This document shows, in pieces, positions 24,622 to 34,429 of a stretch of 64,000 bases of DNA; position 1 is the first letter of the stretch; every line of letters starts with the position of its first letter. The stretch comes from an uncultured Nitrososphaeraceae archaeon (GTDB taxonomy: Archaea; Thermoproteota; Nitrososphaeria; Nitrososphaerales; Nitrososphaeraceae): assembly GCA_963779615.1 (NCBI GenBank), contig CAVZZA010000003.1, positions 1,139,781 to 1,203,780 of the forward strand. The letters run 5' to 3'. The notes under the pieces are model-generated. The model was not told where the DNA came from. It searched no databases and worked only from the letters and a program-made list of their open reading frames with translations. The position numbers and the translations under genes were made by a program.

Positions 24622-25674
24622 TTAAAGTTTTTGGGGAGTTGTCATGATTTTGCCTATTTGTTCAGCGCCTGCCATCATAACATGGCCCTCAACCATGTTT
24701 GAAAACGGCAAAGTTGTGCTCATCAATGGCTTTAACTTCCCCTTACTGGTCCAATAGATTACCTGTTCCAAATCCGCTTTTGTTCCCTGTGTAGAACCCA
24801 GAAGGTTAGTTCCCTTAAAGAACAGAAATCTCAAATCAATTGTAGAGTCATATCCGGTGGTGGCTCCTGTGGCAACCAATGTCCCGCCCATCTTCAATAA
24901 TGATACTTCCTGTGGAAACACATTTTTTCCAATGTGCTCAAACACTACATCAACTCCACCATCTTTTTTTGTCATGTCCCTCACTTTTTTATACCAATCG
25001 GGTTCTCTATGGTTTACTACGCCATCCGCACCGAGTTCCAAGCATTTATCCATTTTCTGCTGGTTTCCAGCCGTCGCAATCACGTTGCAATTATACAGTT
25101 TAGCTATTTGGATACCCACCATTCCAACTCCGCTAGTTCCACCCATAATGAGAACCGACTGGCCCGGTTTAATCTTGGCTCTGCCAACAAGCATATGCCA
25201 TGCAGTCATCCCCACCATAGACATTGCGGAAGCATCATCAAATGACACATTTTCTGGGAGGAGAGCAACGTTAACTTCTGGCAAATGGGTGTATTGGGCA
25301 AATCCGCCCCATAGAGGCCCAGTTTGAAATCCCCATATCATCCTATATTTACAATCATATTCCCTGCCAGAAGTACACAATTCGCATATTCTACAACTCA
25401 TGTTTGAGTGGGACACCACCCTGTCCCCAACTTTAAACTTGGTAACATCCTCACCAACTTCAACAACATTTCCCGCAACATCGCTACCGGAAATATGTGG
25501 AAGGGGTGTTTTTACAGGATCCCCCCATATTGCCCACAAATCATTATAGTTGTATGCAGACGACTCCACCTTTATTAAAACCTCATTGGGTTTTATTTTC
25601 GGTACATCTATGTCTTCAATTTTTACTACCTTAGTAGGGTCTTTGTTATACTCTCTAAATACAGCTGCCTTCAT
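24622..25674 (-). CDS. Zn-binding MDR oxidoreductase (alcohol dehydrogenase/enoyl reductase-like)
   Basis: MKAAVF, NYNDLW, GSDVAG, structural Zn CRICELC...C, GGTSGVG. Confidence 0.9.
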   Translation of the reverse strand: MKAAVFREYNKDPTKVVKIEDIDVPKIKPNEVLIKVESSAYNYNDLWAIWGDPVKTPLPHISGSDVAGNVVEVGEDVTKFKVGDRVVSHSNMSCRICELCTSGREYDCKYRMIWGFQTGPLWGGFAQYTHLPEVNVALLPENVSFDDASAMSMVGMTAWHMLVGRAKIKPGQSVLIMGGTSGVGMVGIQIAKLYNCNVIATAGNQQKMDKCLELGADGVVNHREPDWYKKVRDMTKKDGGVDVVFEHIGKNVFPQEVSLLKMGGTLVATGATTGYDSTIDLRFLFFKGTNLLGSTQGTKADLEQVIYWTSKGKLKPLMSTTLPFSNMVEGHVMMAGAEQIGKIMTTPQKL

Positions 25675-25766
25675 GAAAAAAAGTAAATTTAAAACCTTAA
25701 TATAGTTAACTCCAAGGGAGACCACCAATAAAAAAATTAAACCAACAAACGGCTCTTGTGCATTCC

Positions 25767-26060
25767 CTACAATCTATTTATTTTAAAGTCCCTTTTTGGT
25801 TGTTGTATACTCAATAGAATCTGTTTTAGTTCATGGTCGGTCAGGGCTCTATTCAGTCTTCCACTTGTAGCCGCATTTATCAAATAGTTTTCCACAGCTG
25901 ATGCAAGATCAGGTTTTACCATTTTTACGTTAGCAAGTCTCTGCCTTGCCTCTGAATCCAATAGCATCGCCAATGCCTTTTGCTTTACTGCCTCAGCTTC
26001 AGCCTGTTGTTGTTTTCTTCGCTCTTCGTCAGATGGCTGTTGTGTGTGAGGACTGGACAT
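25767..26060 (-). CDS. PDCD5/TFAR19-family DNA-binding protein
   Basis: LDSEARQRLANVKMVKPDLASAVENYLI; usual position downstream of rps19e. Confidence 0.92.
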   Translation of the reverse strand: MSSPHTQQPSDEERRKQQQAEAEAVKQKALAMLLDSEARQRLANVKMVKPDLASAVENYLINAATSGRLNRALTDHELKQILLSIQQPKRDFKINRL

Positions 26061-26072
26061 TTTTAAACCCCC

Positions 26073-26525
26073 TTATGCATATCTTTCCAAATTCACGTTA
26101 TCTTTGCAAACTTCTTTGAATATTTCTGTGGCCATCCTATCCACCCTTTTCATGCCGTCATTTGAAATCATCCTCCCATTGCTTTTTTTATCAATGTATC
26201 CGGCGGATTCCAGCTGCTGAAGTGCCTTTCTTATTATTGCACCGCCTGCATCCTTATGATGGTCCAAATTGTAACTAATTCTTTTCCTACCGCCATAATA
26301 GCTTTTCAAGTCGGAAATTCCGATAGGGCCGTGCAAATAGACTTTTCTTACTAGGGATGCACACCGTGTGTACCACCAATCCCTATTCTGAGGCATTTTC
26401 TCCGCATGGGTTCCTGTTTTGACAAAATATGACCATTCTGGCGGATTTATTTTCTTGTCTTTTTTAAGATGATCGGATAATTTTGATATCAAATCTTCTG
26501 CGGGTACGTCAAAAATTTTAGCCAT
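26073..26525 (-). CDS. rps19e: 30S ribosomal protein S19e
   Basis: PEWSYFVKTG, WWYTRCASLVRKVY, IIRKALQQLE. Confidence 0.97.
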   Translation of the reverse strand: MAKIFDVPAEDLISKLSDHLKKDKKINPPEWSYFVKTGTHAEKMPQNRDWWYTRCASLVRKVYLHGPIGISDLKSYYGGRKRISYNLDHHKDAGGAIIRKALQQLESAGYIDKKSNGRMISNDGMKRVDRMATEIFKEVCKDNVNLERYA

Positions 26526-26610
26526 TTGATTATTACAAATCTAATCCATTGAATTTCCCTTATAAATCCTTATACTTTAAGTTTTTATCAAAACTCGTTA
26601 TAAGATAGTG

Positions 26611-26919
26611 TCAAGTTTCCGCTTTTGCTTTTATTACTTTTCTATATGTATGGCCGCATATTTCACAGGTTATTCTCAAGGCCTTCACCCTTGATCTGCC
26701 TATTCGTATCCTAGAGTTTTTTCCCGGAACAATAAACTTTTTGCAATTTTTGCAAAAAAGGATTTTGTATTCGAATGGTATCTTTAACCTATATTTTGTA
26801 ATAATTTTTTTAGCCGTGTTGATGTGATCATCCAGAAAAAAATCCTGGGTGTATAAAGCAGTGTGAATTAAATTGCTAACGCTCTGCAAAGCTAATTGTT
26901 TTTTACTATTTTTCTTCAT
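26611..26919 (-). CDS. rnp4: RNase P protein Rpp21
   Basis: FCKNC...PGKNSRIRI...CEICG..R. Confidence 0.88.
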   Translation of the reverse strand: MKKNSKKQLALQSVSNLIHTALYTQDFFLDDHINTAKKIITKYRLKIPFEYKILFCKNCKKFIVPGKNSRIRIGRSRVKALRITCEICGHTYRKVIKAKAET

Positions 26920-26978
26920 TTAAAAAGTTATGATTTTATTGCCATTAGAACCTATAATAACTTTAAATAATAAACAAA

Positions 26979-27687
26979 GTGTATTTTTACTTAAATCATT
27001 TGCTAAATTTGGTCATTGCAGATACAGCATTAGAGACAATGCCGACTAAAATGTTTCAGCACCCATCCTTGAAAAAAATTCGAGACAGCGGAAAGAAACC
27101 TGCCGAAATATTGCTCGATAGGACATTTCATCATTTTGCCATTTTGTCAAGCAATTTGAAGGATGATTATAAAAGAGGAAGGCCCGACATATTGCACATC
27201 AGTCTATTAAACGCCCTAGCTACACCATTGTTTAAAAACAATCATCTCAAAGTTTTTGTTCATACCATGAACAACCAGGTGATTAACATAGGGGGTAATC
27301 TTAGGCTTCCAAAGTCATACTCCCGCTTTGAGGGATTGATGCTGGATCTGATTAAACACAAAAAAGTAGTTTCAAAGGACGGATGCCTGCTTTTGGAATT
27401 AAAGGATAACCAAAGTTTTTCGGATCTGATTCAAAAACACATTAGACCTGATGTTGTTGTTGGCCTTTCAACCAACGGGGTTTTAAAAAACTTTGAGTAT
27501 GTTTGTAATGAGTTATTCCGGTTTGAAAACCCTTGTATTGTTATTGGAGGCTTTCCCAAAGGGCATTTCTCGACAGAGATAGAATCGCATTTTGGAGAAA
27601 AAATATTCGATTTCCGATCTAAAACTAGAGGCACATATTGTAATATCACGATTGTTGTATGAGTTTGAAAAAATAAACTATTCTTAA
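26979..27687 (+). CDS. nep1: 16S rRNA pseudouridine N1-methyltransferase Nep1, C-terminal frameshift
   Basis: RGRPDILH, RLPKSYSRFEGLM, IGGFPKGHF; shifted tail YSISDLKLEAHIVISRLLYEFE. Confidence 0.92.
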
Positions 27688-27715
27688 TTCAAAAATTGAA
27701 AATGTGGTTTAACTG

Positions 27716-27838
27716 TTACCTAGCTTTTCTTGCTGCAGAGGCTAGCGCATAAATCAAACCTATGGTTAAACCTGTTGCTAAAGGAATCCACACCCCAAAT
27801 GCTTCTGGATTTATTACAATTTGTAGAAATTGCATCAT
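27716..27838 (-). CDS. 40-aa single-TM small protein (not in the ORF track)
   Basis: MMQFLQIVINPEAFGVWIPLATGLTIGLIYALASAARKAR; TTATATA box about 30 nt upstream. Confidence 0.55.
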   Translation of the reverse strand: MMQFLQIVINPEAFGVWIPLATGLTIGLIYALASAARKAR

Positions 27839-28058
27839 AATTAAAGGTAAATGGACAGGGGTGTATATAAGTTTTGTAATTCAAAAATTCAATTTTTTTT
27901 TAACAATCAGTAGGATAAATATAGGGTAGGTTACACCCCTTCTGGTACAACATTAAATTTTTTTCCTCATTACGTATGTGTTTTGCGCACGAAAATGCAA
28001 CATGGAAAATGATGAACAATTATTTTACTTTAAATTACCCATAGGTGGAGAGTCATAT

Positions 28059-28337
28059 ATGAAAATGCAGAAGGAATTTCGAAAGTTTTGTCCCAAATGT
28101 AAAACTCATACTATTCAATCTGTGTCCATTTATAAAAAGGGTAAAGACAGGAAAGGCGCACAGGGTGCATTACGTCACGCTGAGGATAAAAAAGGCTATG
28201 GTGGTCAAAAGTTTCCGGAACTGAAGAGAACTGCAAAAACTACCAAAAAAATAACGCTAAAATACAGTTGTAAAATATGTCAGCGTAAAACAATGAAAGA
28301 AGGCAGAAGAATGAGAAAGTTGGAAATACAAGCATAA
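28059..28337 (+). CDS. rpl44e: 50S ribosomal protein L44e
   Basis: FCPKCKTH, GYGGQKFP, AKTTKK, CKIC. Confidence 0.96.
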   Translation: MKMQKEFRKFCPKCKTHTIQSVSIYKKGKDRKGAQGALRHAEDKKGYGGQKFPELKRTAKTTKKITLKYSCKICQRKTMKEGRRMRKLEIQA

Positions 28338-28367
28338 TTATAATCAATAAAAAAGTGTATTTACATA

Positions 28368-28566
28368 ATGAAAAAACACAATATAATGATACCAAAGCCC
28401 CGTAGCAACTTTGTTAAAGTAGAATGTGACAACTGTCAAAATACAATGATTTTATACACGTACAGGTACAAAAACCATAAAATGCCACTCATGTGATGCC
28501 GACTTGGTTGTAAACACTGGAGGCCAAGCCAAAATATCGGGTAAAATTGTAGAGACAATGGATTAA
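28368..28566 (+). CDS. rps27e: 30S ribosomal protein S27e, frameshift near 28465 (not in the ORF track)
   Basis: PKPRSNFVKVECDNC then IKCHSCDADLVVNTGGQAKI; follows rpl44e. Confidence 0.92.
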
Positions 28567-28579
28567 CTAATCTCACATC

Positions 28580-29293
28580 CTATTGAATGTATTTGTTGAT
28601 ATGATTTTTTTTGCTAGTTGAGTTCTCTAGAAATTTTTCTGCGATTTTCAAATCCTCAAACGTATTTGCATTGCAGGCTAATTCACTATAATTCATAATT
28701 CTGTACTCTTCTGCTATCAGGTTGATTTTTTCATGTCTGCCGATATCAATTTTAGAAATATCTATCACAGATATGCCAGAATAGCAACAGTTTTTCTTAT
28801 CAAGGACAAATTCGTATGATGGCGTCATGCCGTGACTCTTGATGAACTCCTTTTCTAAAATTATCGTGAGGCAGGGTTTTTCTTGATTTGTGTCTATTAT
28901 CTGCTTTATTATCACGGGTGAAATTAAAGGGATATCTATCGGAAGAAACAGTATTTTTTTTATATCTTTATTTTTTACGCATTTTGCGCATTTAAAAAAC
29001 TTTATTACTTTCAGGTAATCTTCAGAATACCCTTTACCTGATGTCTCCAATACGGTTATTTTGTCCAAAAAAGTTGACGTTATGAATTCTTTGGTTTTTT
29101 GTGTATTGTTACTAACTGCGGCAAATATCTGTTCAAATTTGTTTGTTTGTGTTAAGGCATCGATTAAATATTCAATTAACGGTTTATCCCTTATTTTTAC
29201 AAGGGGTTTTTCTATTTTGTGGCCCATGGCGGATTTTATACGTGTTCCTTTACCACCACACATCAAAACGCAATACACCATATCACCATGCAT
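28580..29293 (-). CDS. cobY: Adenosylcobinamide-phosphate guanylyltransferase (CobY-like NTP transferase)
   Basis: MCGGKGTR, EKPLV, TSGKGYSED, IDIPL, NANTFEDL. Confidence 0.8.
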   Translation of the reverse strand: MHGDMVYCVLMCGGKGTRIKSAMGHKIEKPLVKIRDKPLIEYLIDALTQTNKFEQIFAAVSNNTQKTKEFITSTFLDKITVLETSGKGYSEDYLKVIKFFKCAKCVKNKDIKKILFLPIDIPLISPVIIKQIIDTNQEKPCLTIILEKEFIKSHGMTPSYEFVLDKKNCCYSGISVIDISKIDIGRHEKINLIAEEYRIMNYSELACNANTFEDLKIAEKFLENSTSKKNHINKYIQ

Positions 29294-29769
29294 TAATTTG
29301 TGGCAACACCGTATTACTGCATCTATTTAAAAAAATTGCCCTTCTTATATTTTTTGGTTGACAATAGGTTCTGCCGATTTTCTGCGGCCCAATTCGGTTG
29401 TTGGTTGTTGATTTTCAGTTTGCAGGTGGTCGATAAAAAAAATTGAGACAGGATGTTAAAGCTACCGGCCCACAATTCAAGTTGTGACTTTAAGGTATCC
29501 ATGCATTCGGTTATTGAATCACATCAAAAAGCATTATGAACTTTTTTCCTGATGTCTTGATTATGGATCCGCATGGGTTTAACCATCACGCCTTTAAGGC
29601 TAAAATGAATTACATAGATATTCAGAATTGTTCTTTGTCCTGTTTATGTCGATGTACAAGTCATTTGACGGAATATGCAGATAAAATGGCAGGCAAACCA
29701 TGTTTGAGAAGGCATTCATAAATTCTATTAGAATATATCAAGTTAAACCTAGTTGTCAAAACAACAACA

Positions 29770-30630
29770 ATGACGGGCACAGAAGCGGGAGACAATCAAA
29801 GGTATAAAAAAACTCTAAGGTACCTCATTGTCTTTCTGTTTTCTAGCGCGGTATTTACGAGCCTAATCATAATGTTGTCGGATGAGGCGGAAAGGCACTC
29901 TATTACCATAACTACACTAAACATTGCAGCAGCAGTTGCAACTGGTTTAGGCATGATATCCATTTACAGATACAGATTAAATGGAAGTCATGGCAAGTCA
30001 TATTTATTTTTAACACTTGGCATTACACTGTGGTTTTGCGCAGACTTAAATTTACTATATTTGTATTTTGTTGATGGTGTAACAGAACAAAAACAAATTT
30101 CCATATCAGACATATTTTGGCTAGGTGGGTATGCGTTTCTTTCACTACATTTAATATCTGTGATAAGAACGATACTCATAAAAAACATATCAAAAACAAT
30201 TACAATCATTGTAATTTTTGTGATTAGTTTCATGATTGTCAATTTGGTTCAATCCGCATCATACAATTTGCTCATAAACAATGCTGAAAGAGACAGGGTC
30301 TACAGTGAATTTGGAATGGCTAATTTAATAATTACCATCATGTACCCCATTTTGGACTTGAGCCTAATAGTTCCATCAATAATAATACTTGTGAATTTAT
30401 ACCATGAGTACCAACACTCAATACCGTGGGTTCTTTCGTCATTATCGCTGCTAACCAATGCAATAGCAGACAATGGATATGTTGGTGATTTTATCAGAGG
30501 CGCACCAAGTTTCTGGACATGGGACTTGTTTTACATCAATGACTTCATAATCATGGCTGCGGCATTATACTGGTTTAACAGGTTCCATATTTCAGATTAT
30601 TTAAAGGGAAATAAAGTAAAGAATGAATAA
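29770..30630 (+). CDS. Multi-pass membrane protein resembling a standalone sensor input domain
   Basis: About 8 TM segments; SISDIFWLGGY, YPILDL, IADN patterns; no cytoplasmic output domain. Confidence 0.65.
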   Translation: MTGTEAGDNQRYKKTLRYLIVFLFSSAVFTSLIIMLSDEAERHSITITTLNIAAAVATGLGMISIYRYRLNGSHGKSYLFLTLGITLWFCADLNLLYLYFVDGVTEQKQISISDIFWLGGYAFLSLHLISVIRTILIKNISKTITIIVIFVISFMIVNLVQSASYNLLINNAERDRVYSEFGMANLIITIMYPILDLSLIVPSIIILVNLYHEYQHSIPWVLSSLSLLTNAIADNGYVGDFIRGAPSFWTWDLFYINDFIIMAAALYWFNRFHISDYLKGNKVKNE

Positions 30631-30704
30631 AGCAGAATTTCAGCCATTTTGGCATCAATGGCAAAGGCGAATTAGTTTAGTCATTTTGAAGCTGATTAAA
30701 TAGC

Positions 30705-30899
30705 CTATTTGCCTCGTTCATCGTCGTCTTCTCGTTCATCGTCGTCTTCTCGTTCATCGTCGTCTTCTCGTTCATCGTCGTCTTGTTCCAAATCCTCCAA
30801 TTCATGAGTTTCATCCCTGATTTCTTCTCTTTCTGGCTCCTCGATTTCTTCTCTTTCTGGCTCCTCGATTTCTTCTCTTTCTGGCTCCCTGTCGCCCAT
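30705..30899 (-). CDS. Small, extremely acidic repeat protein
   Basis: About 3 EEPEREEI units then (DDDERE)x4; TTAAATA box about 22-28 nt upstream of the ATG. Confidence 0.55.
   Translation of the reverse strand: MGDREPEREEIEEPEREEIEEPEREEIRDETHELEDLEQDDDEREDDDEREDDDEREDDDERGK
30713..30888. repeat. Two tandem arrays: 18 bp x4 (30713-30784) and 24 bp x~3 (30819-30888)
   Basis: Units ctcgttcatcgtcgtctt and gatttcttctctttctggctcctc. Confidence 0.95.
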
Positions 30900-31677
30900 A
30901 ATTGTCGATTATTGACGATATTATTTAAGTATAAACACCCACGTGAAACAATTGAATTGACAATAACACAATTAACTGAATTTAATAATTTGATCAGCCT
31001 GAATGACATGTTAAAAGTATGATGTGTTATAGAATATCGTAACAATGTGACTTGGTGTGTTGCTACCATCACCATGGGAAGGATTAGCGTCACACCTAGT
31101 CCATCATAACTGGTTTAGATTATTGGACACCACATCCCAAAAAAATTCCAATCAGGTTACTAAAAAAACATACTATTGGCTACAGCATTTTTGAAAGATC
31201 TGACAGATTCAGGAAATGCATTATGTTTTGGTTTGTTGTGAAACATATATACGCATATCTGATTGGTTTGTTGTTTAGGACCCCCACATATGGCCTTTCG
31301 GGATGCTGTTGACAATTTAGATCAACCAATCAATCACATAAATAATTGAATCAAAAACTAAATTCACCATTACTCAAAATCTAGCTATGCTCATTTGCGC
31401 CATCGGAAATCTTTAGAGTAATAGGTTGTTGTATGAATGCACTTGACTCGGCCAAAACCATAATCAATATTCAGAATTTCAACTATTACCCAAACTAGCA
31501 GCATCACATTCCATGTGTTTTGGGTAACAATACCACCACTTTTGGAGAAAAACAAATTGTGCTTTAAAAAACTATTTCAAAAAACAAAAAAAACAATGCA
31601 CAGTTGCCACCGGGCATCCATATAAGCGGATAAGAACCAAATAGTGTTTTTTTCAATTGCAACGCATTTTTGTCAAA

Positions 31678-32386
31678 TTATGAAATGTGCGTTCCGTTAA
31701 TTTTGAGCCAATCTTTTTTTTCAGAATAATCAAACATATGATCCTCTACCAATTTCCAAAATTTTGGAGAATGGTTTTTTTCCACAAGATGGCCCATTTC
31801 ATGCAAAACCACATATTCAATCACACCAATGGGAGCTTTTACCAAATTAACATTTAAATTAACTGTTCCTTTAAAGGTAGCGCTACCCCACCTGCTTTTT
31901 AGGTTTTTTATCAGTATCTTTTTGGGCCTAACATTTAACAAAACAGAATATTTTTCCACAAATAGATTAAAAATTGCAAGAGCTACGCTGAATAACCATT
32001 TCTCATATATTGTTTTAACACTGCTTTTTTTTACATGGACAGTAAACGCGTCATTTGAAAACTCTAAAAAGTCGCTTTTTTCACCCTTAGCGACTTTTAG
32101 GATGCAATTTCTTCCCATATAAGGCAAAGTGGTGTTGTTTTTTGTACTCGGGAAGCATAATTTCGGGGTTTTTTCCATCATTTTCCTTTATTTTTTTGAG
32201 TATCCACTCTGCCTTATTTTTTACCATTGATTCTATGTCTTTTCTTGATTTTGAAAATGGAGTTCTTATCAAAACCTCATCGAACTTAACTATAATTTCA
32301 CTTGTTTTTCTCCTCCTAGTTTGTATAATCTTAAATCCTATCTCGTTGTTCTTGTAAACAATTTTATGTTTCTGCGTAATGGACAA
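31678..32386 (-). CDS. YgjP/DUF45 (M48-like) metal-dependent hydrolase, frameshifted
   Basis: RRRKTS...KAEWI in the first fragment; KSRWGS, YVVLHEMGHLVEKNHSPKFW in the second. Confidence 0.88.
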
Positions 32387-32648
32387 AGTTTCGGCCTTTT
32401 TTCCTTTTTCTTTTTTTAAAGTTGTTTTCAGGTCAAATCCTCACTTGATTTCCCGGGATTAGTATAGAGGCACAGTACAAATACACCCTTGTAAACAATA
32501 GCTTCATAATTATAAAAAATTTATAAACACAGTTTTAATCAGGGCACAGCCAAAACTAATAATCGGAATACGGCAAAACAACACAATAAATCATAAAAAA
32601 AACCCACGTGCTTTATTTATACCATTATCACCAATTAATACAAAGGAC

Positions 32649-33947
32649 ATGTCGCCTACGCCCTCTTTTTCACCACCATATAACAACAATGACAAAATTG
32701 AAAACGTTTTGGTATTGCAAGGTGGAGGATCGCTTGGTGCTTTTGGTTGTGGAGTAATCAAAGGACTTGCAAAAAACAACATAAAGCTGGATATTATCGC
32801 AGGCACCTCAATAGGCGGCATAAACGCTGCAATAATCGCAGGAAGCAAGGACGAAAAACACCCAGAACACCTGCTGGAGCAATTCTGGCTTGAACTATCA
32901 GACAGTTTTATAGATATGGAAAAGTCACCATTTGGCTTTCATTCTCAATTTGTTGAACAGACACTATCTCCACATCCGTTTAACCCCTACTCTTCACCAT
33001 TATCACCATCAGGATACAAGGAAAATCACTTAACAGCAACAGATAAAAAACATCGTCAAAAAATCAGGAACATCCAGTCTTTTTATAGCTCAGCTATGTT
33101 CGGAAATGACAAGTTCTTTAAACCCCGATGGACATATAAAAATGCGTTATCTGACCCCGACTATTTTCACCCGACAAAGTGGACCTACATGTATGATCAT
33201 TCACCTTTGGTCAAAACTCTGGAAAAGTATATTGACTATGACAAACTGCAGCCAGGTGGAAATCCAAATACACGCTTAATCTTAACAGCAGTAAACATTT
33301 TAACTGCAGAACCACTGACATTTGACAGCTCCAAACAGCAGATCACCCCAAAACACATTCTTGCGACATCTTCATACCCCCTCTATAATTTTCAATGGGT
33401 TGAGGTTGAAGAAGGTGTGTATGCGTGGGATGGGAGTTTATTAAGCAACACCCCATTGCGAGAGGTCTTGGAAGCATCCCCAATAAAAAACAAAAGGATA
33501 TTTCTGGTAGAAAACTATCCAAAAAACATTGATACCCTTCCGCAGAGCATCCCTGAGGTGTATCACAGAGCCAGAGACATAATATTTTCAGACAAGACAG
33601 AACACAATATAAAAATGTCCAAGGTGATTACAAAATATTTACGCTATATAGACGATTTATACCAAATAATAGAAAAGTTCGCTGATACGTCAAAGATTGA
33701 AAGGAAGCAATTAAAAAAAATTCAGTCAATGTATAAAAAATACAAACAAGAGCACGGAGCTGAAATCAAAGACATATTCTATGTCACTCGTGACGAGACT
33801 AACCCCCACATATTTGAGAATGCAGATTTTTACCCAGAATCAATCAAAAGCTCGATTGAGGAGGGCGAAACGAAGACAAACATGGTCATAAGAAAAAGAA
33901 AGATTCCCAACAACAGGGCAAACAATAATACAAAGATGCACAAATGA
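32649..33947 (+). CDS. Patatin-like phospholipase
   Basis: LQGGGSLGAF, GTSIG, WDGS. Confidence 0.9.
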   Translation: MSPTPSFSPPYNNNDKIENVLVLQGGGSLGAFGCGVIKGLAKNNIKLDIIAGTSIGGINAAIIAGSKDEKHPEHLLEQFWLELSDSFIDMEKSPFGFHSQFVEQTLSPHPFNPYSSPLSPSGYKENHLTATDKKHRQKIRNIQSFYSSAMFGNDKFFKPRWTYKNALSDPDYFHPTKWTYMYDHSPLVKTLEKYIDYDKLQPGGNPNTRLILTAVNILTAEPLTFDSSKQQITPKHILATSSYPLYNFQWVEVEEGVYAWDGSLLSNTPLREVLEASPIKNKRIFLVENYPKNIDTLPQSIPEVYHRARDIIFSDKTEHNIKMSKVITKYLRYIDDLYQIIEKFADTSKIERKQLKKIQSMYKKYKQEHGAEIKDIFYVTRDETNPHIFENADFYPESIKSSIEEGETKTNMVIRKRKIPNNRANNNTKMHK

Positions 33948-34429
33948 AACACTGCGGAGTTCAACAGTAAAAAAACAAACCTGGAGTGTCCAAAACATTT
34001 GTTTATGAACAACAACACAACAGGCCACGTCTTTCACCACGGTCATCACGCTAGCAGGACACAGATACAATTTCACTCCATTTCCGCATCCAAAACAATA
34101 AAAAAAAGCACTTTTATCCATACAATGCTTTACAGCATATTGGCCTTACAAAACGGTGATAATAATTCATCCTTTGACGCAAACAATTTTGATAGCACAA
34201 TACAAATATTTGAGCAAAGCATTCAAGAATCAAAGGACCGACACTGGCCAATATCATGTTATTGTTGGTTGGTTTCATGGAGATGAACTCCTGTTACCGC
34301 ATGCAAATTATACTCACGGGGTTTGCTTGTTTAATTATTTAGTAACTAAATAGCGCATGTTTCCTTTTTCCAGCCAATTTTTTTTTCAAATGCCTATCCA
34401 TAAACATGATCTCAAATTATAAATATTTT

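Noticed and set aside
30677-31093. 138-aa Lys-rich ORF over the repeats
   Set aside because: The TATA position favours the acidic frame, and the rest of this ORF reads as non-coding
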